The notes under the pieces: model-generated
Database searches by the model: none
What the model was told of the DNA's origin: nothing
The model's input: only the letters and a program-made list of their open reading frames with translations
Shown here: piece by piece, positions 26,284 through 38,381 of the stretch
Numbering within the stretch: the stretch's first letter is position 1
How the letters are laid out: each line of letters starts with the position of its first letter
Program-made: the position numbers and the translations under genes
From: Mobula hypostoma
Taxonomy: Eukaryota
Reading direction: 5' to 3'
Length of the DNA: 64,000 bases
NCBI RefSeq assembly: GCF_963921235.1
Contig: NC_086108.1
Location: forward strand, 22,940,001 to 23,004,000

Positions 26284-27784
26284 TTTATTTATTATTAATT
26301 TTTTCTCTGAGCTAGATTATGTATTGCATTGAACTGCTGATGCTAAGTTAACAAATTTCACGTCACATGCTGGTGATAATAAACCTTTCTATCTATAGTA
26401 ATAACTGGTGATGTTAATTAAACAGGGTGGGTTCTGAGAGAGACAGGTCATGAGTTAGAGATATCACTGAAATTCCTCATCTCATTGCACTTGCTGTTAA
26501 AATGTTTAAAAACAGTTGATCAAAAAATGGATGGGTTATTTTCTGCTTTAAATAATGTGCAAGATCATCTTAAACTGGTGTAAATAATTTCTAGGTGAAA
26601 ATACACACACTCAATTTGGAGCAAGTATTTCCATGGCTATTCTTGGTAGATGTCAAAAGTTTTTTCTTCATTAGAAACCTCCACAAGGCGTTGTTGTTTG
26701 CTATGGGCCAATTTTGTTCCTTACAATCTGGAGCTGAAAGGGCCAAGCCTCACTGGCATTACTCCACCTCTAAAGGCATCAGGATGGAATGACTCCTTGG
26801 GGCAAAAACATACCCACTCTCACTGTACCACATCCAGATTTACCTCTTTGGTGAAGAACGTACCTTTGGGTTCAGGTTTTTCAAGACATTCTGAAGGAAG
26901 GCCTCTGGCCACACTCTTGTTCTAGGCTATTCTCTCCATGAGATCGCTGGTGAGTTGACTCTCCTGGGTCACAGCAGATCTTTGCCATGCCTTCCTCTTT
27001 GCTGCCCATTGCCACATCGGGGAGACTGCACTGCACATGGTGAAATGACTCGTCTTCCCCTTCACCTCCATGCTGACTAACCCACACCTCACAACCTGGG
27101 GTCTGTCAGTGTTGTACACTTCCCCTGAGTGCTTACTGCCAGTGACTGCACCCAGGTGTTCAGGGGTTTCTATTCTCAAATGAGAAAAATTGCATCAACT
27201 GAAGAAGTTTGCACTCTGTTTCAGTGTTTGTAAAGGATTTTCCAGACAGTGAAAGCAGTTTTTTCCAGGAAACATGAGACAGATGATTTCTGTTTGATCA
27301 TGACCTGGAGAGATGGACCCAGGATACGGGCTATATTTTGGCTCAGGAGACCAACTGTCATTCCTGGCTCAGCACCACAATGACTTCAGCAGTGCAGGCA
27401 CCAAAATCATTTGCTGAAAACCCCACTGTGCTTTCCAAAGTGCAATTCCATCTCCTTCCTCAGCCAGGGGCAGCTTGCAGTTCACGCCAACCAAGTGTAC
27501 AGACTGCCCTGTAATGTGCCCCATGCCTGCACAACCTAGCAAACCGTTCCATGTTGCAGGAAGGACAAAGGTGACCTGGAGCCCAAGGACCATGCAGAGC
27601 AGAAGGTAGAGGGTAAGGATTTTATGGTCTGCTTAGCTTCCATAGCCTCACCTCCCAGTGGTCATTGGAGACATGCGGGATGTGTTAGTCCCCGAGGGAG
27701 ACAATCAGTCCTCAGAAGAAGCCTTTGAGATCATACTTCCTAAGCAAACCTGGTGAAGATCTCCACACTCCAATAATGACATTG

Positions 27785-28152
27785 ACAATAGACAATGGAC
27801 AATAGGTGCAGGAGTAGGCCATTCAGCCCTCTGAGCCAGCACCACCATTTACTGTGATCATGGCTGATCATCCACAATCAGTACCCTTTTCCTGCCTTCT
27901 CCCCATATCCCTTGACTCCGCTATCTTTAAGAGCTCTATCTAACTTTTTCTTGAAAGAATACAGAGAATTGGCCTCCACTGCCTTCTGAGGCAGAGCATT
28001 TCACAGAACCACAACCCTCTGTGTGAAAAAGTTTTTCTTCAACTCTGTTCATGGTCTACCCCTTATTCTTAAACTGTTGCCTCTGGTTCTGGACGCCCCA
28101 AGATCAGGAACATGTTTCCTGCCTCTAGTGTGTTCAATCCCTTAATAATCTT
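27785..28152 (-). mobile_element. CR1 LINE 3' end with (ATTGTCT)n-like tail
   Basis: gacaatagacaat repeats followed by aggtgcaggagtaggccattc and RT C-terminal sequence. Confidence 0.85.
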
Positions 28153-28419
28153 AACGTCAAGCAGGGGAGGCTAACTGACAATTAGTGGTCCTGTACATTC
28201 TAGTTTCCATGTTCAAATACACTTATTATAAAATATCAATAAACAAATTACAGAAACATTTGCTACAACTGTCCTTGATGATTCACAGTTCCCTCTGACA
28301 ATTTTTTGTAAGGGATGTAACTCATAGGTGCATTGTTCAATGGTTAGGGATTCTCATACTGAGCCAGTGAGCTGACAAACAGAAGTGGGATATGAGCCAC
28401 ATGCCACATGCAATATCAG

Positions 28420-29250
28420 GACAACCTTGTGCCCTGTGACCTGGCTTTACCTTGTAATGAAGATGAGGTTGGGAGCACTCCTATATTCCCAATTTCTGTT
28501 CCAGTTTGGCTATGCTCACCACCCAGTCCTTGGTGCATGCCAAGCTCTTTAGGGGTATGTTCCCAAAATGTCAGGTAATCAATCAGGATGATGGAAGGAG
28601 CAAAGGACTGGTTGGACCAACTGTTAAATGACACAGCTTCATTTTTGCCTTGTGCCCTGCTAAAAAAGCTGATCGATCTGTGGAACAACAGCAGGTCTGA
28701 GTAAAAGATGGTAATTGTGTCCACATACAAGGAGGCTTTGACTTGAGTGCCCCTGCTGCCTGTGAATGTCACTGTTCCAATGGCCATGTTCAAAATGCTA
28801 ATTTAGACGAGACACTTAAGGCTGCAGTCCTTTCTTGTCTGGTATGTAGCAAAGTGTCCGTAGATGTGCTGCACTGGATCTGGTTCCATCACAACCTGCG
28901 CAAGTCCCATTTTGGTGCATGTTCCATTAGGTTTGTTCAAATGACTCTTGGGTCAACATGGTGTGCTATGTAGTACTAGTTCTAAACACAGTATCTGAAT
29001 GAGATTGGGTTTTAAAATACTCTGTATTTTAATAACATTTGTAGGAATGGAATCTTCTTGTGTTCATCCGACAGAGCTGAAGATCCCTCATTTACAAGTG
29101 CAATGAAAAGTTTGCAGGTTGGCCTTGGCAAGATCTTTAACCCTGCATGGTCCATGGGTACGAGCAGTGGGCAGTCCAGTAGGTATTGCACACAGTCTCT
29201 TGCTACATTCATAGTTCTTAGGTATTTCAGTATTGCCCCATTTCAACACA
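28420..29250 (-). mobile_element. Tx1/L1-clade LINE remnant, highly degraded
   Basis: GSRGTQVKASLYVDTITIFYSD resembles the Tx1 RT catalytic region (GSGG.QVK.SLYMDDV.VF). Boundaries are approximate. Confidence 0.55.
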
Positions 29251-30649
29251 TAATCTATTGACTGACTGACTGGGTGAAGGAGGCACATGGTTTTTCTTTC
29301 TCCCTCTTTAAGAGGCAGCCCAGTCACCCTAATGATCCTAATGACTCAAAAATTAAGCCTGAATGGCTGAAGACCAAGAAGGACACCAAGAGGTCTCCTC
29401 AAAACTGTCCCACCTCAGTGGTCCAACCAGGGGTCAACACTGATGGCCCTTCCTCAGATAATAGGTAATTGTAAAGTTGTGTTCTGAAACGAATGTTAGA
29501 TTATATGTTTAAATGATTTGGTATTTTCTCACAAACATGTGGCCTCTCAGTGATCAACACATAAAAACATATGCTATTGTTCTCCCTTAGCTGCACTGAC
29601 ACCAGAAGTCACTGAATTAAGATGAGAGGGAAAAGATTTAAAAGGATCTCACACAGGATGGTTAACAACCTGCCAGAGGAGTGTTTGAGGCAGGTACAAA
29701 TATGTTCAAAGAAGACATGTGGATGGGTACATGGAAGGTTTTGGGTGATATAGGCCAAACACTGGCCAATAGAACTAGCTCAGGAAGGCACCTTGATCAG
29801 CATGCACTCGGGCCTGTTTCCATGTTGTATAACTCTATGACTTCAGTTTCTTGAACTATGACCCATAGTGAGAATTAATTCTTTTTCAGGCTGAAATGTT
29901 TCTTTCAGTTCTGATTTTTTTTGTATGAACAAAATGGAGAACCACCACAGTACTTGACTACTCTACTTGCTGGTCAAAGGAGGCCCAATACCCAGAGTAA
30001 TTCACCAAAATTTCCATATTTGTATATTTCTGGCATCAAGACCAATAAAATAATGATTATTGGTTGGGATAGTCCTCTAAACCATAGATTCGGGTTAAAA
30101 GAAGCTGAAATTCTACACATCAAATCTAAATTGTATGAAGTTTATTTAATAACAAGATTTATGATTTAGAGAGAACAATTGGACATGATTTGTAATCTTG
30201 ATATGGAAATATTTGTACTCAGCATTTTTCTTTGTATCTTTGCCTTCTATTGTATGTCCTTGTGCGTAAAACTTAATCACAGATTGCCGACAAATTATGC
30301 ATAGTTTTTCTAAATGCAATTCAAAAATAAAATTATGCGATGAGCATGTGTGAATATATTGTGACAAGGCACTAGCAATTAAAATAGACTCTATAAAAAA
30401 TAAGCAAGAATGTAAAGGGTGGAATATTAGATTAATAAGAACAAGTACTATTACACATGAAGAGTTCCTACAAGAATCAGATTTGCAACGAATCAAATGA
30501 CATAAAAATATTGAACGTCAAATTTTATATCGGGCAAATGACTAAAAAAAAATGAACGAGCAACAATGATTTGGTAAATCGAGTGAAAATTTGGGTAAGT
30601 GCATTATACCAGAAAGCTTGCATGCAGATGTACCCAAAGGAACGGCAGA

Positions 30650-30970
30650 GACCTATACAGTTTGGTACCAGCAGTGTCACAGGAGTTGCCTGTCAACATT
30701 GAACTCAATGTAGGACTGCCTTAGGGACTCCAGTTTCGAATGTTTCCTTCGGGGTTTTCCCCAGAGCCTTCCCCATGAGTGGCTATAGCTGCAAAGCAGT
30801 GGAGGTTTGAGATCAGAGTTTTCCTTCTCCTAGATTAGCTCTAACCTTGGCTGACAAGCCCCGTCTACCCAATGCGACTGGTTTGAAGGCGCCAATAACC
30901 CGCCTTTGCCCCTTCTCCTGTAGGTTGAAACGGTTCCGCCGGGCTTAGTAGCTAAGCCACACGTGAAGGC
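30650..30970 (-). mobile_element. Probable RTE-type retroelement 5' UTR or derived SINE fragment
   Basis: Minus strand contains ctaggagaaggaaaactctgatctcaaacc, recalled from RTE 5' UTRs. No ORF. Confidence 0.4.
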
Positions 30971-32032
30971 GGGTTAAGCGATTCCAATGTTAATAGCAAT
31001 GAATTCAATGCATTACCTATTGAATGTAAACTTGAGTCGCGATGGAAGATATCTATATATACACACACAAAGAGTCTGTAAGATATCTTGGGATATTGAC
31101 TGAAGGAACTGAAAGACTTGATAACCCCTGGATTTTTGGTGATATTCCCAGAAAAGTGGTAGCTGGCTTTGCAGCTGTGATGTGCTACAGAACTCTACTA
31201 GCATATGGCATTACCTTGGATAACTGCAAAGCTGATGAGACACAAAGGGCATAAAGTAAGGAAGCTCACAGCGTTCTCAATGTCCAGTGAAACGAGGAAG
31301 AAGTGGAGAGAAAGGGGCTTTTGATGAAGTGATATTAGAATCGGGGCTTCCATATTTCAGCCCCGGTGATGTTCTAGAGCAACAACGCCCTTTAAGTAGG
31401 AGCGATTCCGCTAAGTAATGATAGAGGTCCCGTCCTTTATTTGTCATATTTACCAAGGTTTATTTCTCCACGTCACCAACGTCAGGAAGAGCTTGCCAGA
31501 CCCTCCTCGACCACCTGGATCAGACCTCGTGTCCGCTTGGGTTGGGCTGTAGAGGCAACATGTAGGCCAGTGCGCGTACAGTCTTGTTCACCGAGGTAAC
31601 CGTAATTTGGAGCCCAGAGATATTACCATCCGGGCTTCCCATTCACCCGGCAGAACAGGTTAGTTTTCTGCAGCCAGTAGCGGGAGCCTCTGCGCTCACT
31701 TTTCCTTCCAGTTTGCAATGCAAAACTGCGCTGTTTGAGTCGCCCACTGTCGCTTCTTTTATATCCCTGACATTGATGGGTGCAAATTGTAGGTCAAAAT
31801 GAACAAGTCTGCAATTAAAAAAAAACTGGGTCCCGGTATCCAACAATAAATTAGACTGTGCCGTTGAAATGCCATGTATGAAAGCCGAACACATTTCAGG
31901 ATCTCATTCTGCGCGCACATCGCTAAGAGCTCGCCAAGCGCAAAATCAATCGGTGATTTTCACATAATCAAATAATGTACGCTATGTGCAACAACAGAAT
32001 ATAGAGGAATTGCAAAACCCTCGATGTCTTAC

Positions 32033-32145
32033 CTTCAGCAGTTGCTTCGGATTATCTTGATGTCCTTTCCTTTCTCCCAGAATCGGGAACTTGCTCTTTG
32101 TGACGTTGTACTCAAGTTTCAAACGTTAAATTGTGATTGTCTATT
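32033..32145 (-). other. Candidate non-coding (5' UTR or alternative first) exon; 5' boundary uncertain
   Basis: Consensus donor AAG|GTAAGA at 32033/32032. No ATG in the exon. A TGACGTC/CCGGAA (CRE/ETS-like) motif lies just upstream at ~32150-32161. Confidence 0.45.
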
Positions 32146-32965
32146 TACTTTCCGGACGTCAGTTCTACAAATGGGGTGATCCGACTTGACCCATTGTCCC
32201 AAATGATACTGTAATTAGTTTCCTTCGTTAATTTGCGTACTATTTCGGCCCTTAAGGTCCCGATCCAGGAGATCCAAAGTTCTGATGAATACGAAAGGTC
32301 ATTTCTGAATCGTAAGTTCTGAGCAGATAGAGCAAATTAAATTACGATAAAGTGGCGAAGCGGACAAATGCAGGGATCGGGTAATGTATTCCTAGCAACT
32401 CAGCTGACTAGAATCCCAGAACGAATAGTAGTTAGCACCAAGACTGGAAAAAGAGAAAGAGAGAGAGAGAGACACGAGTCTGAAATTAAAGAAGGTGAAT
32501 CCAACACATTAAATGTCACCTACAAAGCGGTGCCGACGTACCGGATATGCTATAAAATTCATCGAAAGTATGTCCTGGAGTGATAATCCAAGCGATATGT
32601 AACTGACCGTTGTTGAACCGCTCCTGGAGCTGAACAGTACCGAGCCGCTCCTAAAACTAACAAGTGCTAACCCAGTCTCGACGCCGACTAGTCTCCCGCC
32701 GACAATTCGGGAAACTGAAGAAATCGGATAGGCCGATCCGAGCTCAAGCTGTGCCCGGCACAGAGGACGGGGCGAGCAAATCACTCGCCGCGCTGAGCTC
32801 CCTCCGTTTTCGCCCTCTTTCTCCTGCTCTGCCCCTTGGAGATGGCCTGTTAGAGAGCCCAGCTGTGGTGCAGTCGAGCGAAGTAATCGCGCCCTTCCTC
32901 TCTCACACCGTGCACCGCAGGAAACATTAACCCACTTCCAAAGTTGAAATCTCACCTTGCGATTC

Positions 32966-32993
32966 GGAGCTGTCACAGGTCCGAGGTGCTGAA
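32966..32993 (-). promoter_or_regulatory. RE1/NRSE (REST)-like motif
   Basis: Minus strand reads TTCAGCACC-TC-GGAC-CTGT-GACAGCTCC versus consensus TTCAGCACCnnGGACAGCGCC. Confidence 0.5.
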
Positions 32994-33046
32994 ATCCAGG
33001 CGTGTTCGTCCGGACCGTTTGGTATCTCCTTGAATATTTACTCTCC

Positions 33047-33060
33047 GCGCCCCCTGCTGA
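33047..33060 (-). promoter_or_regulatory. CTCF-like motif
   Basis: Minus strand TCAGCAGGGGGCGC versus core consensus CCASYAGRKGGCRS. Confidence 0.55.
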
Positions 33061-34407
33061 ACAAAAGTGATCTTCCAGTCACCTGCGCCCAGCGCCCGGG
33101 ATAAGCTTCCGATATGCTGTCTTCCCTCTTCACACCCCTCCCTTCTCCTATCCTTCTCCATACCTCTCTATCCCTTTTCGATTCCCTTCGAACAATTCAA
33201 TTCTCTTTTGGGACTATGGGAAAATAGTGGGACTCATTAGATGGAACCCGAGCCCACAGGATGGGCCATAGAATTACTTTGGCACCGATGCTGCAGGACC
33301 TCGCATCTCACTCTCTCCAAGCTGTGGTTCTATTATTCCTAAACTGTTGGGTCTCATGTTTGCCAGTGTTTGTGTAGTTACCCTTTCCCAGTCGACAGTC
33401 GAGCTATCAATCCGCTGGGAAGCCCCCTGAGATTTGCCGAGTGGGAGCTAGCATCATGGGGCGCCAGGAAGAGCCGCCCTATTGCAATCAGCTATCAGTC
33501 CCAAATTCTGAACCCGAACGCTCAATCCCTTTCCAAGTAATGCAGTCTCACAGTCAAGTGGGTATCACCCTCGGCACTTTATAAATAAAACAGTGAATGC
33601 ATTTACGTGATGATATTTCATCAATTCATTTTCAGGAAAATACATTCGATACAGCGGAAGAGTTTTTAATATTTGCTTACGAACATTTTAAGAGACCTGA
33701 CTGCTCAAAAGGGACAAAGCTCCAAAATCCCACCCACGAGACGCACAGAGGATGAAGTAGAAAAGACAATTAGAAGACGTAATTAGAGTTCAGTCATATA
33801 TAATTGGCACAATAGATAAATGTTCCACAAAAAAGATAAATGCAAAAATTAACATGTTAAAAGTGAATTTTTATCATTTAAAATGTTTCAACATTAAGTA
33901 AAATCTGAAGGATTGGGACTTCACATCTGTAGAAATTAATTTTCCACACAAGAGTCTGTTTGACAGTGATTAATACTGACTAACCAAGAGGTACTGGCAC
34001 TGGAGCAGACAATTTTGACCTTTATTGGTACCTTTATTTATTATCATTTAATATCAGATGAAAAATCAGATACCTTGGTTACATTTCCAAGCTGCTTTTA
34101 GAGAACTATTTTTTAAATCCAGTTAGCAACTTTTTATTACATTTGTGCAGTCTGACTGACTTACACTTTAATCACCTCAAACAGCTTTGTTTCATCATTC
34201 TATCTACAGAGAGACAGCCAAACATGTCCAAACTTCCAGAAGGCATTTTGTTTTTTGGAATTAAGTAAATTAGATTGCTATATGGAGGAATGGGATGTAT
34301 CCTAGCAATTATGCTTTTAGGGTTGTCATTAATGTTGTTCTGTAAGATATAGTGTAGATCTTGAGCTGGATTGTTGCATAGGCAAAGACTCAGGTAGCTT
34401 TCCAGTA

Positions 34408-36911
34408 AGAAACAGAAACATAGAAAATAGGTGCAGGAGTAGGCCATTTGGCCCTTCGAGCCTGCACCACCATTTATTATGATCATGGCTGATCATCTAA
34501 CTCAGAACCCTGCCCCAGCCTTCCCTCCATACCCCCTGATCCCCGTAGCCACAAGGGCCATATCTAACTCCCTCTTAAATATAGCCAATGAACTGGCCTC
34601 AACTGTTTCCTATGGCAGAGAATTCCACAGATTCACCACTCTCTGTGTGAAGAAGTTTTTCCTAATCTCGGTCCTAAAAGGCTTCCCCTTTATCCTCAAA
34701 CTGTGACCCCTCGTTCTGGACTTCCCCAACATCAGGAACAATCTTCCTGCATCTAGCCTGTCCAATCCCTTTAGGATCTTATACGTTTCAATCAGATCCC
34801 CCCTCAATCTTCTAAATTCCAACGAGTACAAGCCCAGTTCATCCAGTCTTTCTTCATATGAAAGTCCTGCCATCCCAGGAATCAATCTGGTGAACCTTCT
34901 TTGTACTCCCTCTATGGTAAAGAAGTCTTTCCTCAGATTAGGGGACCAAAACTGCACACAATACTCCAGGTGTGGTCTCACCAAGGCCTTGTACAACTGC
35001 AGTAGTACCTCCCTGGTCCTGTACTCGAATCCTCTCGCTATAAATGCCAGCATACCATTTGCCTTTTTCACCGCCTGCTGTACCTGCATGCCCACTTTCA
35101 ATAACTGGTGTATAATGACACCCAGGTCTCGTTGCACCTCCCCTTTTCCTAATCGGCCACCATTCAGATAATAATCTGTTTTCCTATTTTTGCCACCAAA
35201 GTGGATAACTTCACATTTATCCACATTAAATTGCATCTGCCATGAATTTGCCCACTCACCCAACCTATCCAAGTCACTCTGCATCCTCTTAGCATCCTCC
35301 TCACAGCTAACACTGCCACCCAGCTTTGTGTCATCCTCAAACTTGGAGATGCTGCATTTAATTCCCTCATCCAAGTCATTAATATATATTGTAAACAACT
35401 GGGGTCCCAGCACTGAGCCTTGCGGTACCCCACTAGTCACTGCCTGCCATTCTGAAAAGGTCCCGTTTATTCCCACTCTTTGCTTCCTGTCTGCTAACCA
35501 ATTCTCTATCCACATCAATACCTTACCCCCAATATCGTGTGCTTTAAGTTTGCACACTAATCTCCTGTGTGGGACCTTGTCAAAAGCCTTTTGAAAATCC
35601 AAATATACCACATCCACTGGTTCTCCCCTATCCACTCTACTATTACATCCTCAAAAAATTGTATGAGATTCGTCAGACATGATTCTCCTTTCACAAATCC
35701 ATGCTGACTTTGTCCGATTATTTCACTGCTTTCCAAATGTGCTGTTATCACATCTTTGATAACTGACTCCAGCAGTTTCCCCACCACCGACGTTAGGCTA
35801 ACCGGTCTATAATTCCCCGGTTTCTCTCTCCCTCCTTTTTTAAAAAGTGGGGTTACATTAGCCACCCTCCAATCCTCAGGAACTAGTCCAGAATCTAACG
35901 AGTTTTGAAAAATTATCACTAATGCATCCACTATTTCTTGGGCTACTTCCTTAAGCACTCTGGGATGCAGACCATCTGGCCCTGGGGATTTATCTGCCTT
36001 TAATCCCTTCAATTTACCTAACACCACTTCCCTACTAACATGTATTTCGCTCAGTTCCTCCATCTCACTGGACCCTCTGTCCCCTACTATTTCTGGAAGA
36101 TTATTTATGTCCTCCTTAGTGAAGACAGAACCAAAGTAATTATTCAATTGGTCTGCCATGTCCTTGCTCCCCTAATCAATTCACCTGTTTCTGTCTGTAG
36201 GGGACCTACATTTGTCTTTACCAGTCTTTTCCTTTTTACATATCTATAAAAGCTTTTACAGTCATTTTTTATGTTCCCTGCCAGTTTTCTCTCATAATCT
36301 TTTTTCCCCTTCCTAATTAAGCCCTTTGTCCTCCTCTGCTGAACTCTGAATTTCTCCCAGTCCTCAGGTGAGCCACTTTTTCTGGCTAATTTATGCTTCT
36401 TCTTTGGAATTGATACTATCCCTAATTTCTCTTGTCAGCCACAGGTGCACTACCTTCCTTGATTTATTCTTTTGCCAAACTGGGATGAACATTTGTTGTA
36501 GTTCATCCATGCAATCTTTAAATGCTTGCCATTGCATCTCCACCGTCAATCCTTTAAGTGTCATTTGCCAGTCTATCTTAGCTAATTCACGTCTCATACC
36601 TTCAAAGTTACACCTCTTTAAGTTCAGACCCTTGGTTTCTGAATTAACTATGTCACTCTCCATCTTAATGAAGAATTCCACCATATTATGGTCACTCTTA
36701 CCCAAGGGGCCTCTCACGACAAGATTGCTAATTAACCCTTCCTCATTGCTCAAAACCCAGTCCAGAATAGCCTGCTCTCTAGTTGGTTCCTTGACATGTT
36801 GGTTCAAAAAACCATCCCGCATACATTCCAAGAAATCCTCTTCCTCAGCACCTTTACCAATTTGGTTCACCCAATCTACATGTAGATTGAAGTCACCCAT
36901 TATAACTGCTG
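34408..36911 (-). mobile_element. CR1 LINE, young 5'-truncated copy of the same family as 1-1254
   Basis: ORFs 36391..36900 (APE: MGDFN..SDHN), 35557..36159 and 34610..35635, the last nearly identical to ORF 24..1157. Has FEDD instead of FADD, frameshifts and a premature stop. Confidence 0.97.
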
Positions 36912-37570
36912 AGACTCAGACTATTTGCAATATGGTCAATGGAAATTATGTACTAACTTCTGACCACAGTAAGACCAAAGATTTACAATAGCAAATATCT
37001 GTCCATGAATTTTGATCCCTTTGTAAGGCCAACTGAATTCCAACTAAATAAGTGTTGCTTGGCTTTCCTTGGGTCATCTTCTGCGAACTGCATGCAATCC
37101 GAATTCAATGTCTGTAGCACTGTTGAAATGGTTATTATCTTGAAACAGATGTGGCTGGTACCGAAAACACCAATATTTATTAACTATAGCTATTTGCTCT
37201 TGAATTAGTAATGATGAGACAGCTTCTTGAACCATTAAAGACTGTTTTGTCAGGGTCCTTCCACAACGCCGGGGATGGGGAGATCCAGAAGTTAGATCCA
37301 ATGGTGAGGAAGGAGCAGTGATATATTTCAAGCTAGGATGATATATGATGTGCAGCTGGTGGTGATGTTCCCATTTGACCCCTGCCACAGCCATTGCCTG
37401 TGTTGGGAATAGAAGTAATATATTTGGTGATGGGGAGGGATGCAATAACAGGAGGCTTGAGAAGCTCTGTGGATATGAAAGAGATGGTATGTTGCCTTGC
37501 AGGTGCCAGAGTCAGGGATGTCTCCGATTAGGTCCTCGGCATTCTAAAGGTGGGGGTGTGAAAATGCCAG

Positions 37571-38381
37571 TGTCACAGTCCGGTCCTTTGACTCCTCATT
37601 TCAGTTAATTTCCTTTTCCCCATGTTCTACGGGCCTCCTTGATTAGGGCACCTGATTTTCATCCGAACCAGCAGCATAAAAACTCCAGCTTACATCTACT
37701 CAGTGCTGGTCCGTCTCCTGAGCAGGGCGGTAATGCACGTTCCGGGCCACCGAGAATAGTGGACTCTAACTTGCTTCGGTGCCTGGGGTTGCTTTGTGAA
37801 TTCTGTCGTTTTTGTGTCCAGCTGAGTTTAGCCAGCCGTTTGCTGCTACTCCGAGTCAAGAAATGAATTCTGTCATTTTCGTGGGCAGCTAAGAATTGCA
37901 GGCCGTTTGCCACTCTTCCGAGTCAAGATACAAATTGACTGTCATTGTTTGGTGTTTACATCTTGTGTCCAGCTGAGTATTGCAGGCCGTTGGCCGCTAC
38001 TCTGAGCCAAGATACGAATCGACTGTCATTGTTTGGTTTTGCTGTCCTGTGTCCAAGTTTGAGTCCAGGCTCCGTGTCCGAGTCTGAATCCAGGCTCCAT
38101 GTCCGCGTCCGAGTCCCAGTCCAGGCTCCGTGTCCAAGTCCAGGCTCCGTGTCCGAGTCCGAATCCAGGCTCCGTGTCTGCGTCCGAGTCCAAGTCCAGG
38201 TTCTGTGGCCAAGTCCAAGTCCAGTTTCCTCCAATTTGTTGTCCAAAGTTTATGTCCATGTAAGCATTTAACGCTCACTCTCCGGCCTTCCTGGCAACTA
38301 TTAATAAAATACACTTCTGTAATGCTACCTCCATGTCTGTGTCCTGCAACTTGGGTCTGCTTGCAGTCTCTCATTGTAACA
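37571..38381 (+). mobile_element. Solo LTR (811 bp), probably Ty3/Gypsy type
   Basis: TGTCACA...TGTAACA termini, 5-bp TSD GCCAG (37566-37570 and 38382-38386), AATAAA at ~38302, and internal tandem repeats. Confidence 0.9.
38045..38225. repeat. Degenerate (GTCCRA)n-based tandem array within the solo LTR
   Basis: Repeated gtccgagtcc/aggctccgt units, which produce the low-complexity ORFs in all frames. Confidence 0.85.

Larger units (their letters stand above)
32956..33120 (-). other. Candidate first exon (probably non-coding); 5' boundary uncertain
   Basis: Consensus donor AAG|GTGAGA at 32956/32955 in the CpG-island core. Confidence 0.45.
31330..33520. promoter_or_regulatory. CpG island, putative promoter region of an unidentified host gene
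   Basis: A repeat-free, visibly CpG-rich stretch within an otherwise CpG-depleted window. It contains strong minus-strand splice sites and TF motifs. Confidence 0.8.

Noticed and set aside
26600..27700. Cluster of short ORFs as host exons
   Set aside because: No domain or consistent splice signals; probably ancient TE debris that I could not classify.
31013..33161. ORFs in and next to the CpG island (32509..32976, 32973..33161, 31013..31204) as host CDS
   Set aside because: No recognisable domain; open frames of this length are expected by chance, especially in GC-rich DNA.
34387..36920. AGACTCAG near both ends of the CR1 as a TSD
   Set aside because: The left copy is not adjacent to the element end, so it cannot be supported as a TSD.
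37800..38225. Repeat array that could be mistaken for a CRISPR array or a repetitive protein gene
   Set aside because: It consists of degenerate tandem units without unique spacers, inside a TSD-flanked solo LTR in eukaryotic DNA.
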